The notes: generated by a model from the letters alone, not told the origin. A stretch of DNA of 34,590 bases from Thermoplasmatota archaeon (GCA_030830875.1 JAURMD010000058.1:1-34590), one strand, 5' to 3'. Positions 25,633 to 34,514 are shown, counted from the first letter of the stretch. Numbers and translations: made by a program.

Positions 25633-28302
25633 TCAGAAGGAGAACAGCGACGTTTGACGGCTGCCACGCATGAGGTCTTCAGCAGACCAGCCAAACGCTT
25701 CCGTGATGCGTCCTACCGCGGCCGCCAACCGTTCAGCGTAGAAGCGCCCATCGTAACTTTCGACGCCTCCGTTGTCTTGTTCTTCCAACCACGCTGCAAC
25801 CTGCATCGGCCGGTGGCCGGCATCCGTGACCACAAAAGACACTTTCATTCCCGAGGTGAAAGGGAGGCCTAAGGCCATCCGTTGGCGTGCTGCACGTACT
25901 TGGGCCATGCTGTCAGGATTGGTGTACGCCTCGGAGAAATCCACGGAGCCGTCCTTCCGTACCTTTCCCTTGCAGGATTTGGCCAAAATCAGTCGATGCG
26001 CTTCCACACGACCCTCTTTGAGGGCAGCGACTTGCGCTATGGCGTGGGCGATGAGGGACTCACCCTCGTCAGCGAGGGCGTGCTCAAGGATGGTGTGCAT
26101 CGTGTCCACCAGGAACGCGAATGAATCCGTTCGCTGCGTTTCGTATCCTCGAATCAGCATCTCGTCCGATGGCCACACCACTTGACCAACGTAGCGTTTT
26201 TTTGCTCCGTGAGAAAAGAACACGCTGAGGCCTTTTTCAAACTCCAACACGGCCGATTCCTTGCTGTAGCGACGCGCGAGGTCATGACCGAAGGTCACCA
26301 TGGCGTCCTTGGCCCCCTCCCATGCTTTCACAGATCGTTGGGCGTCGACATCGCCGGAGGCAGCGATTGCTCGAACATGGTGCGGTAACGCACCTGGCAC
26401 ATCTTCGTCAACGGGGGCCCGAACGAAGATGGAGTCGGTGTCGGAATAGACCACGGGGTGTCCTTCCGCTTCAAGTTCACCAATGACTCCCTTGATGTTG
26501 TGGCGGGCCCAAGCAGTGATGGATGAACCGAGGTCGCGATGTGTGAATCGGTAGAAGCCAGATGCAAACACTCCGTAGAAGGAATTCATCAAGATCTTCA
26601 CCGCGTATTGCATGTCGTCATGGAAGGCACGTGCGGCCTCATTGTCCACCGCGTCACGCATCCCTGCTTTGTGCAGGTCGCGTTGTGCCATCAGGTCCCT
26701 CAACAGGTGGGGAACGAGCCCAACCCTGTGGTTCTCGCCCCAGAAGCGCACTCCGGTGGGGGCGACGTTCAACGAGTCACCCTCTCCCGGCTGGTCAGGA
26801 TGCGCGGGGTCAACCCTAGTCGTGTAGCAAATGTTGTGACCTATCATGATGCTTGGGTACATGCTCTTGAAGTCCAAAACGGCGATCCATGGATGCAATC
26901 CTGCTTCCACATCATGAACATAGCCGCCCGTAATTTGCCCCTCTTTGGGTTCCGCACTGCCCGTCATTGGAACGGCAACGCTGCTTCGGTCGGCGTGACG
27001 AATGACGAGGGAATCGATGAGTTGGCTCGTGCTGCCGTTGGCCGCGACCTCGAACGGGACTTTGCCGACGGCTGCGACGGCTTCCTTGCGTCGAACGACC
27101 TGGAGGGTGTCGAGGATGTCGAGCGGCAGGGCCGCGTCCCTTCGGCAATACTCGACGACAACGTCAGGTCTCGTCGCCCATTCCTCGTCCATTTTCGAGG
27201 CATCAACGTCCATTTTTCGCAGCTCTGCATCGTCAGGAAAAAGCAAGGCGCTCACGAAACCGAGGGTTTCTCGTTGGGGCCTGAGCGCCATTCGAGCCTG
27301 CCACCACGTGTCCATGATGCAGCGACCTCCCAAGGTCCACGCCCGGTTCCCTGAGCGGCGGGGGACCACCGCATCGCGTTGACGACGAAGGTCGTTGGCG
27401 TCTCGAGGTGTTCGCCCCCATCCGATCAGAGCAAGCCGCGCCGTTGCATCGCCGCGTTGGCCAAGAACGTCGGCACGGTCGACCAGTCGAGGAAGGTCGA
27501 AGTTGTCGATGTTGTATCCAGTGATGATGTCCGGGTCGGAGTCCAAGACGAGGGACGTCAGACCTTCGAGGATGCTGCGCTCGTCTCCTCGCCAATCGTA
27601 CACGTGACGGTTTCCGGTACCAAGGTCCTCCACTACTGCGGCGGCACAGAGGACCCTTTCGTGAGTGATGCTGGTCTCCAGGTCAAACGACAGCACGCGG
27701 AGCGGGACAGGAAACGGGTCCGCCGGAAGGAGCTGCTCCGCATCGCAGCGCAACGTAAGGTCGACCGAATACCGTCCTCCACCCCCTGCGTTGCTGACAA
27801 GGGTGGCTGCGGACTCCTCGTCCACTTCGTCCCGCCGGTCGACCACTTCTGCATTAACGTGAACGTGCATCCCTAGGTCGAGGTCAAGCAACAAGCGGTT
27901 GGCAAATGGAACATCGGCCGCAAACAGCGACCATGCTCCTGAGAGGGTCCGGCGAAGGTCTGGGACCACGTGAGGTTGAAGCACCTCAACCGTCCACACC
28001 GGCTTCCAACCGAGATCGGTCCACTTCAACTGAGGGCCTGTGACGCTTCGGACGTCATCCTTGGTCGCCAAGCGTTCCGCTGCTTCTTGAAGGGAGGCCG
28101 GGACATCCAGTCCGTTGGACCACCTCCCGATTGGGCCCACCTCGATGTGCGGCCTGAGGCCGTGCACGAGCAGGCAGAGGCTTTCACCGCTTTCCGCGCG
28201 GCCAAAGACTTCGAGCACGGTGGCAGAGGCGTCTCCCTCGCCAAGGGACCGGTACCTCACGGTGAGGATTCCGAACCGGCCCGACCACCGCTCAGGGTCC
28301 AT
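25633..28302 (-). CDS. polB: Family B DNA polymerase
   Basis: ExoI SFDLET, ExoII YNIDNFD, ExoIII YCRRD; polymerase motifs DFKSMYPSI, KILMNSFYG, YSDTDS, KKRY; C-terminal PIP box QTSLFSF. Confidence 0.96.
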   Translation of the reverse strand: MDPERWSGRFGILTVRYRSLGEGDASATVLEVFGRAESGESLCLLVHGLRPHIEVGPIGRWSNGLDVPASLQEAAERLATKDDVRSVTGPQLKWTDLGWKPVWTVEVLQPHVVPDLRRTLSGAWSLFAADVPFANRLLLDLDLGMHVHVNAEVVDRRDEVDEESAATLVSNAGGGGRYSVDLTLRCDAEQLLPADPFPVPLRVLSFDLETSITHERVLCAAAVVEDLGTGNRHVYDWRGDERSILEGLTSLVLDSDPDIITGYNIDNFDLPRLVDRADVLGQRGDATARLALIGWGRTPRDANDLRRQRDAVVPRRSGNRAWTLGGRCIMDTWWQARMALRPQRETLGFVSALLFPDDAELRKMDVDASKMDEEWATRPDVVVEYCRRDAALPLDILDTLQVVRRKEAVAAVGKVPFEVAANGSTSQLIDSLVIRHADRSSVAVPMTGSAEPKEGQITGGYVHDVEAGLHPWIAVLDFKSMYPSIMIGHNICYTTRVDPAHPDQPGEGDSLNVAPTGVRFWGENHRVGLVPHLLRDLMAQRDLHKAGMRDAVDNEAARAFHDDMQYAVKILMNSFYGVFASGFYRFTHRDLGSSITAWARHNIKGVIGELEAEGHPVVYSDTDSIFVRAPVDEDVPGALPHHVRAIAASGDVDAQRSVKAWEGAKDAMVTFGHDLARRYSKESAVLEFEKGLSVFFSHGAKKRYVGQVVWPSDEMLIRGYETQRTDSFAFLVDTMHTILEHALADEGESLIAHAIAQVAALKEGRVEAHRLILAKSCKGKVRKDGSVDFSEAYTNPDSMAQVRAARQRMALGLPFTSGMKVSFVVTDAGHRPMQVAAWLEEQDNGGVESYDGRFYAERLAAAVGRITEAFGWSAEDLMRGSRQTSLFSF

Positions 28303-28406
28303 GCCGCAAGGTCCGCGTCGCGCCCCCTTCAGGGCTTCGCAGGGCTCACAGAAAGTCTTGATACCCCGCCGAAGAATCGCCCAAGCATCGCATTGGAGGT
28401 GAGGAG

Positions 28407-29429
28407 GTGAAGGACATCAATTGGGACGACCTCAGTTTCTCGCTCACGCCTACGGATTGGATGTACGTGACAGAAGCCTCCGGAGTGGAGGCTTGGATGC
28501 CCGGCTCCCTTCGGCCCTACGGGGACTTCAGCATCTCACCGGCCGCTGGTGTGCTGAACTACGGCCAAGGTCTGTTTGAAGGCATGAAAGCCTACAGGAC
28601 CGTTGAAGGACGGCTCGTCTTCTTCAGGCCTGAGGAAAACGCTCGAAGAATGCAGGCTGGAGCAGACCGACTGAAGATGCCACCGGTCCCTGAGTCGATC
28701 TTCATCGATGCTGTGGAACAGGTCGTCGATGCGAACCGGGACTGGGTCCCACCGGTCGGAAAAGGGGCGATGTACGTGCGACCGATCCTCTTTGGATCGG
28801 GTCCAATCCTTGGTGTTGCGCCGGCCCCTTCGTTTACCTTCATGGTGTACTGTACGCCGGTCGGCCCGTATTTCAAGGGGGGAATGACGGCCATTGACCT
28901 GCTCATTTCCGAAGATCACCATCGGGCGGCCCCCGGAGGTTCGGGCGGCGTGAAAGCCATCGGCAACTATGCCCCAGGTATGTTGCCCTCAAAAGCGGCC
29001 AAAGCAGCAGGCTTCGCTGAAGTGATCTACCTCGACGCCAAAACCCACTCTTCGATTGAGGAAGTGGGGGCTGCGAACTTTTTCTCCGTCCGCGATGGAG
29101 TGCTCTCTACGCCATCCCTGACAGGAACCATCCTCCCCGGCATCACCCGTGCCTCGGTGATCGAACTTGCACGGAGTCGAGGCTACGACGTGCGGGAAGA
29201 GCGCGTGTCCGTTGAGGCGGCACTTGACGCCGATGAGGCCTTTTGCTGCGGCACGGCCGCGGTGATTTCGCCGATTGGCTCCATCACCCACCTCGGCGAA
29301 CGGCATGCCTATGGAGACGGCACGCCCGGACCCGTGACGGTTGAGTTGTACGAGGCCCTGACGGCCATCCAATCAGAGCGTGCCCCGGACACCTTTGGTT
29401 GGCTTCACGAGGTCCCACTGCTCACGTGA
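28407..29429 (+). CDS. ilvE: Branched-chain amino acid aminotransferase
   Basis: LNYGQGLFEGMKAY, YVRP, KAIGNYA (PLP Lys), IEEVGAANFF, ILPGITR, GTAAVISPI; SD GGAGGTGA. Confidence 0.94.
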   Translation: MKDINWDDLSFSLTPTDWMYVTEASGVEAWMPGSLRPYGDFSISPAAGVLNYGQGLFEGMKAYRTVEGRLVFFRPEENARRMQAGADRLKMPPVPESIFIDAVEQVVDANRDWVPPVGKGAMYVRPILFGSGPILGVAPAPSFTFMVYCTPVGPYFKGGMTAIDLLISEDHHRAAPGGSGGVKAIGNYAPGMLPSKAAKAAGFAEVIYLDAKTHSSIEEVGAANFFSVRDGVLSTPSLTGTILPGITRASVIELARSRGYDVREERVSVEAALDADEAFCCGTAAVISPIGSITHLGERHAYGDGTPGPVTVELYEALTAIQSERAPDTFGWLHEVPLLT

Positions 29430-30575
29430 TCACGCGCTGCTCGGTCGCGGAACGTCAGCCAAAATCGCTGCAAATTCGTCACGAATGGCGGCAATGTCCA
29501 CTTTGATGGAAGCGATCGCATCCTCAAGTTCTTTTCTTCTCGCGTCGTGCTTTGCCTTGCGAGCCTCTTTTCGCTCCAACGTTAAGCGGTCGAGGTCTCG
29601 GCACCTGGTCTTGAACGAAGTCCGTGCGTTCTCCATGCGTGTCCGCAGGGAGACAATCACGCCAGGGTCTCGCTCGACGACAGGAGCCACAGCGGTTTCG
29701 AAGGTGTGGTTACGTCGCTTGTCTTCGATGTGCCAATCCGGCGTCGACTTCAAGCCACGCTTCAGGCGAAGCATCGCAAAGAATTGGATCCACCACTTCG
29801 ACGGGTCGAAATGGAACCACTTGTGGCCGTTCCGGTAGTCGGCTTGGAAGGTGTGATGGAAGTTGTGGTATCCCTCGCCAAACGTGAGGAAGGCGAGGGC
29901 TGGGGAGTCACGGCTGCTGTTGGCATCGCCGTAAGGCTGCGTGCCCCAAATGTGAGCGGCTGAGTTGATCAAGAAGGTGCCATGGTGCGTGAATACGGTA
30001 CGCGCAAGGCCAGCCCAAACGAAGCCCCCGACAGCGCCGGGAACGCCGCCGAAGGCGTATCCGACAAGTGCGGGAAGCCCCATACCAATGCCAATGGCGA
30101 CGAGCACGTACCAGCGGTGCTGCCACGCCAAGATGGGGTCGGCTTGGAGGTCTTTCACCTGCGAGAGGTCGTGTGACCGCGGACCGCCCTCATCGATCAT
30201 CACCCAGAGGATGTGGCTCCACCAAAAGCCACGGTTCGCCGAGTAGGGGTCCGCCGCATCGTCGGTATGGCGGTGATGGATGCGATGGTCTGCGCACCAA
30301 TTGAGCACGCTGTTTTCGAAGGCTCCAGCACCAAACAGCGCGTAGAACAGCCGAAGGGGCCACGATGCTTCGTGACTCCGGTGGCTGAACAAGCGGTGGT
30401 AGCCTACGGTGATCGACAAACCGCAGGCGAGGTACCAGATGACGAACAGCACGGGTTCAAGCAGCGTGACGCCCATCGTGGTGGCGTGCCACCAAATCCC
30501 CGCGACCGCCGCGATGGGGGTCAGCAGCAGAAAGAGGGAATTGACCACGTTGATCTGTCGTGACACCTGCTCCAT
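29430..30575 (-). CDS. Membrane acyl-CoA/fatty acid desaturase (delta-9 type, DesA/Ole1-like)
   Basis: Three His boxes HRLFSH, HRIHH and HNFHH, plus INSAAH and DYRNG..W.HFDPSKW; TM helices; charged C-terminal helix. Confidence 0.93.
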   Translation of the reverse strand: MEQVSRQINVVNSLFLLLTPIAAVAGIWWHATTMGVTLLEPVLFVIWYLACGLSITVGYHRLFSHRSHEASWPLRLFYALFGAGAFENSVLNWCADHRIHHRHTDDAADPYSANRGFWWSHILWVMIDEGGPRSHDLSQVKDLQADPILAWQHRWYVLVAIGIGMGLPALVGYAFGGVPGAVGGFVWAGLARTVFTHHGTFLINSAAHIWGTQPYGDANSSRDSPALAFLTFGEGYHNFHHTFQADYRNGHKWFHFDPSKWWIQFFAMLRLKRGLKSTPDWHIEDKRRNHTFETAVAPVVERDPGVIVSLRTRMENARTSFKTRCRDLDRLTLERKEARKAKHDARRKELEDAIASIKVDIAAIRDEFAAILADVPRPSSA

Positions 30576-30642
30576 GTGGTGCGGGGGGCCACACCGGCTA
30601 CTAAGCGGTTCCCATTCAAAGGGCTGTCAGGCGGCCTCATCT

Positions 30643-31071
30643 TCAGCGCTTGAATCCTCGCCGCTTGAAGGAACGCCCTTTGCTCGAGGACCCGTCCCTT
30701 CCGGAGGAGCTTTGCTGTTGCTTGGATGCCTGCTGCTTGGTTTCAGCCTCGTGGTCAATGCGACGTTGCTCACGCCAGGTGCCCCCGATCATCTGCATGA
30801 TTTCCTCTTTCGAGGCGGAGCCCGCATCTTCCAAGGCACCTGCACGGCTCACAATCAATCGCCCTTCCTTGGCGTTTGGGGCCGATGGTCGCGACACGTT
30901 TGCTTCACGCTTGATTTTTCGAAGGCCGACAGCGCGTGCTGCGGCGTACAAACCGTCCAAATCTGGTTTCTTGACGGCCGCATCCTTCGCCACTCGCCTT
31001 CCCGACCTGCGGGAGCGTCGGGCATCGAAGTAGGAGGGCCACAGCACCAATCGGTCTGGGTCGTGGTCCAT
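30643..31071 (-). CDS. srp19: Signal recognition particle protein SRP19
   Basis: VLWPSYFDARRSRRSGRRV.K..AV.KP...SKEEIM signature; downstream of rps8e. Confidence 0.9.
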   Translation of the reverse strand: MDHDPDRLVLWPSYFDARRSRRSGRRVAKDAAVKKPDLDGLYAAARAVGLRKIKREANVSRPSAPNAKEGRLIVSRAGALEDAGSASKEEIMQMIGGTWREQRRIDHEAETKQQASKQQQSSSGRDGSSSKGRSFKRRGFKR

Positions 31072-31111
31072 GTGTGCCGCTTCCCGTCGTGTGGTCCGGC
31101 CGTGCCGGGGC

Positions 31112-31492
31112 TCACTCGACCAGGACGCCGTTGATGACCCCGTCCTTTCCAGGGCGGGATGTGATGCGAACGCGACCCTTGTCGGTGTCGATGATGGCGC
31201 CCTTCACGAGGATGTTTCGTCGGACGTAGTTCGGATCGGATTCGTTCTCGACCACGCTGAGGATCGTGCCCATCGAGGTCTTGCCCTTGGCCGGGTCAGC
31301 CACCGCCACGCGGTTCTCGGCCATGACGCGGACCATCGTGTTGCCGCCAGCCTTTCGGTAGATCTTCCGCTTGGGTTCACCGACCAGCGCGAATTGCTTC
31401 TCGCTCGAAATCTCGGTCTTGCGCTTGCCGCGGGCCTGAACCCGTCGTCCGCCTGTTGTCTTTCGTCGAGAGATGCCGTGCCATTGGGCCAT
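31112..31492 (-). CDS. rps8e: 30S ribosomal protein S8e
   Basis: SRRKTTGG, YVRRNILVKGAII and ITSRPGKDGVINGVL; SD GAGGTGA; TTCATATA box at 31531-31538 (minus strand). Confidence 0.97.
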   Translation of the reverse strand: MAQWHGISRRKTTGGRRVQARGKRKTEISSEKQFALVGEPKRKIYRKAGGNTMVRVMAENRVAVADPAKGKTSMGTILSVVENESDPNYVRRNILVKGAIIDTDKGRVRITSRPGKDGVINGVLVE

Positions 31493-31546
31493 GGAATGCT
31501 CACCTCGCAGCCACGCCGACTTGCACGGCGTATATGAAAGCCACCC

Positions 31547-32140
31547 TCAGGCACATTCGACCTCAAGAAGGGAGAGGACCTTGCCCGCCGACGAGGCCAG
31601 CACGGCCTTCACATGCTCGCCCGGATGCAAGCGACCAACACCGGCAGGGGTGCCCGTGAACAACAGGTCACCTTCGACCAACGGCGCCCACGCTCGCAAG
31701 TCTTCAAGGAGTGCACGCGGGGAGAGGCTCATGCTGCTCAAGGGCGCAGATTGCCGAAGTTCGCCGTCCACGCTCAGTTCGAGGTGAAGGTCGAGAAGGT
31801 CGTCGAGGGGCTTGTCCCATGCCACCCATGGCCCAACACGCGCCGCGCCTCGGAACGCCTTTCCACGAGCCCAGGGGAGGCCTTCAGGACGGGCAGCGGC
31901 CTGTGCAGCACGGTCGGTGAGGTCCAGGCCTACGGCGATGTGGGAGACCACGAGGTTGGCGTCAAGCCGGAGCACCAACTCGACTTCATGGTGCACTTCT
32001 CCGTCGTGCCCGGTGACGTCGATTGGGCCTTCGATGAGGCACGATGCGGGTTTTAGAAACACGATTGGCGCCTTGGGCAGGGAATTCCCAAGTTCTTCGG
32101 CATGCGCTGCAAACGTCCGAATGGCGCACCACAGCGTCAT
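31547..32140 (-). CDS. Fumarylacetoacetate hydrolase family protein
   Basis: HAEELG..P.VFLKP, VHHEVEL, VGLDLTDR, PWARGKAF, GDLLFTGTPAGVG. Confidence 0.92.
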   Translation of the reverse strand: MTLWCAIRTFAAHAEELGNSLPKAPIVFLKPASCLIEGPIDVTGHDGEVHHEVELVLRLDANLVVSHIAVGLDLTDRAAQAAARPEGLPWARGKAFRGAARVGPWVAWDKPLDDLLDLHLELSVDGELRQSAPLSSMSLSPRALLEDLRAWAPLVEGDLLFTGTPAGVGRLHPGEHVKAVLASSAGKVLSLLEVECA

Positions 32141-32213
32141 GGGTGCTGCAGAAGCGCACGGGTCTTGGACCCTCCCGCGCAACCGTCAAGGAGGGGAGCA
32201 TGAAGGAGGGGGT

Positions 32214-32720
32214 ATGGTGAAGGACTGGACCATTCGAAAGCGCCGGCCCGTCCGACGAAAGGCCATCGCACCGCTCCTCAAAGAACTGGAGCGGGTGTTG
32301 GGGATCGATTTGAACGTGGATGGAGCCTTTCTGGAGCAGGCGGAATACGGACCTTGGGACCTCGTGTTCGTCGACAAAACGCCGAAGGCGGTTCGCATCA
32401 CCAACCCTGACGAGGATTCGATTGCAGCCTTGACCTTGCGAGGCCTCATCGAGCACCCTGATGCGAAACGCTGGGTGTCGGTGGACCACGGAGCCATCAG
32501 TTTCCTCATGAACGGAGCCGACTGCATGGTCGCAGGCGTCAGCGACGCGGACCCTGACATCCGGGAAGGGGACTTAGTGTGGGTCCGCGACGAAACCCAC
32601 CACAGGCCCCTCGCCCTTGGATGGGCGATGATGGATGGAGCCTTGATGAGCGATGCAACTTCAGGAAAGGCGGTCAAAACCGTCCATTGGGTGGGCGACG
32701 AATTATGGGAGATGGAATGA
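32214..32720 (+). CDS. PUA-domain RNA-binding protein (archaeal MCT-1/Tma20-like)
   Basis: VSVDHGAISFLMNGADCMVAGV..D..I.EGDLVWV.DE....PLALG...GKAVKTVHWVGDELW; SD GGAGGGGG. Confidence 0.88.
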   Translation: MVKDWTIRKRRPVRRKAIAPLLKELERVLGIDLNVDGAFLEQAEYGPWDLVFVDKTPKAVRITNPDEDSIAALTLRGLIEHPDAKRWVSVDHGAISFLMNGADCMVAGVSDADPDIREGDLVWVRDETHHRPLALGWAMMDGALMSDATSGKAVKTVHWVGDELWEME

Positions 32721-32761
32721 GGCACCCACACCTTCATTCCTGACCACTGTGAGGGTATACC

Positions 32762-33334
32762 ATGGCGAATCGAACATGGCTGGGCCTTTGCCTCATCGTA
32801 CTGCTCAGCACCGCATCGGCTGGCGGGACAGGTGGCAACGACGAGGGGCCTGACCCTGAGATGACGCCGTTTGCGGCCCATGACGCGACTTCCCCCTCCG
32901 TCTCCGGCTCCGTGTGGAGCCTGAAACTTGTGCTTGACGACGAGGTCGTCGCCAACGGATCGACCGTCGCCATCACCACCCAGATTTGTACGAACGATGG
33001 GGTCTGCGACCCTCCTGTTGCTCAGGAATCGACGGTCTCCGACGACGGCTCCACCTACACGATCAGCCTCACACCAAAGGACGACCACACCTACGTCAAC
33101 TGGCGGGTTCGAGTGACATGGGCTGACGGCAGTACGGAGGACTTCCCTGACGCAGATTGGTACAAGGTGTGGTCTTCGTGCTGGTTCGACGGCACGTCAT
33201 GGGGAGGTCCCGAGGCCGACGCAACCGGTTGCACCGAGGCCGACGAAGACGCCCCCGGACTGGGACTTCTGCTGACGGTTGGGGCCCTGACTGGTGCTGC
33301 GTTGACGGTCCATTTGGTTTCACGCCGAACCTGA
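32762..33334 (+). CDS. Secreted/surface protein with a PGF-CTERM-like C-terminal anchor
   Basis: Signal peptide; Cys-containing beta-rich domain; acidic linker then APGLG, hydrophobic helix and terminal RR. Confidence 0.7.
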   Translation: MANRTWLGLCLIVLLSTASAGGTGGNDEGPDPEMTPFAAHDATSPSVSGSVWSLKLVLDDEVVANGSTVAITTQICTNDGVCDPPVAQESTVSDDGSTYTISLTPKDDHTYVNWRVRVTWADGSTEDFPDADWYKVWSSCWFDGTSWGGPEADATGCTEADEDAPGLGLLLTVGALTGAALTVHLVSRRT

Positions 33335-33715
33335 ACCCTCGTGCTCGACAGCGCGATCGAAAAAGCGACGCACTTCATGCGTCCAACCAACAACCACGAC
33401 GTTGGCGTTGTTCCTTTCCTTGTTGAGGCGTCCCTCCCTCATCCCGGGTTGTTCGAGGTCGCTCGGCACAAGGGGCAACCTCGCCGAGGCCCATGTTAGG
33501 TGGCACCCGTCGGACTTGGCCACAACGTGCAATCCACATGCGCGAACCTCACGCTCGCTCACGCGAGCGTCGAGGCGGCGGAGCCGTCGAGCGATTTCCT
33601 CCAGCACAAGTTCGGGCGCTTCGTCCCGTGCTCCATAGGCATCGAGGAATGCAAGCTCCGTTGCGTTCTGCTCAATGAGGTGGTCAAGACCACGCCCTCC
33701 GTTCGGGTCCGACAC
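33320..33715 (-). CDS. Hypothetical ParA-partner protein with an N-terminal ParB-like GRGLxxLI motif
   Basis: GTG start 4 nt after the parA stop, with SD-like GGGGTGA overlapping that stop; N-terminus MSDPNGGRGLDHLI; 15-nt tail-to-tail overlap with the convergent gene. Confidence 0.65.
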   Translation of the reverse strand: MSDPNGGRGLDHLIEQNATELAFLDAYGARDEAPELVLEEIARRLRRLDARVSEREVRACGLHVVAKSDGCHLTWASARLPLVPSDLEQPGMREGRLNKERNNANVVVVGWTHEVRRFFDRAVEHEGSGSA

Positions 33716-33719
33716 TCCG

Positions 33720-34514
33720 TCACCCCTTCGTCAATCCCCAGCGGCGGCCGAGGGTTTGGGCGATTCTGAGGTGGTCTTGACCACCGTTCGACCGTGGCGC
33801 ATGCACATGGATCGGTTCACCTTCGCTTGTGGCTTCAGCGAGCCGGATGTTCCGACGGATGGGGGGTTCGATCACGGCGTCACCAAGGTGCTCTCGGAGT
33901 TGCCCGGCAATCTGGTTGTTGAGGAGGGTGGGGGCGTGCATGGTCATCAGGACACCGTCCACACCAAGCCTTGGGTTCAATCTCAACCGAACCTGCTCGA
34001 TGGTCCTCAGGAGCATCGCGATGCCCTCCAACGCGAAGTATTCCGTCTGCACGGGGATGACCACCCCATCGGCGGCGCACATGGCGTTCACGGCGAGCAA
34101 GCCTAGGTTGGGAGGGGTATCGACCAGCACGATGTCGTAATGTGGAAGCAACGGCGCCAATCCTTCTGCAAGCCTGGATTCGCGACCGAGTTCAGCAATG
34201 AGCACATCATCAATCCCGACCAATCGACGGTCCCCGACGATGAGGTGCAGGTTGGCGACCGACGTCGCATACCTGCATGCACCGGCCGATTCAGGTTCAA
34301 GCAAGAGGTCCCGCGTGCTGCGCACGACGTCGGCCTTTCGGATGCCGAGGCCTGTTGCACAATTTCCTTGGGCATCAAGGTCGACAATCAACACACGGCT
34401 GCCGGCCTGTGCGAGGGCGGCAGCCACGTTGATCACCGTGGTGGTTTTTCCCACACCGCCCTTCTGATTCATCACGGCCACCACACGTGCGCGCTCACGC
34501 GTGAGAGGAGCCAT
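33720..34514 (-). CDS. ParA/Soj-family ATPase (ParA-2)
   Basis: NQKGGVGKTTT, VDLDAQGN, LVDTPPNLG, PVQTEYFALEG, IRRNIRLAEA. Confidence 0.95.
   Translation of the reverse strand: MAPLTRERARVVAVMNQKGGVGKTTTVINVAAALAQAGSRVLIVDLDAQGNCATGLGIRKADVVRSTRDLLLEPESAGACRYATSVANLHLIVGDRRLVGIDDVLIAELGRESRLAEGLAPLLPHYDIVLVDTPPNLGLLAVNAMCAADGVVIPVQTEYFALEGIAMLLRTIEQVRLRLNPRLGVDGVLMTMHAPTLLNNQIAGQLREHLGDAVIEPPIRRNIRLAEATSEGEPIHVHAPRSNGGQDHLRIAQTLGRRWGLTKG

Noticed and set aside
29425..29434. Perfect palindrome CGTGATCACG
   Set aside because: Largely a by-product of two abutting convergent TGA stop codons.
31493..31546. SRP RNA gene expected near rps8e/srp19
   Set aside because: Intergenic gaps here are under 70 bp, far too short for an archaeal SRP RNA of about 300 nt.
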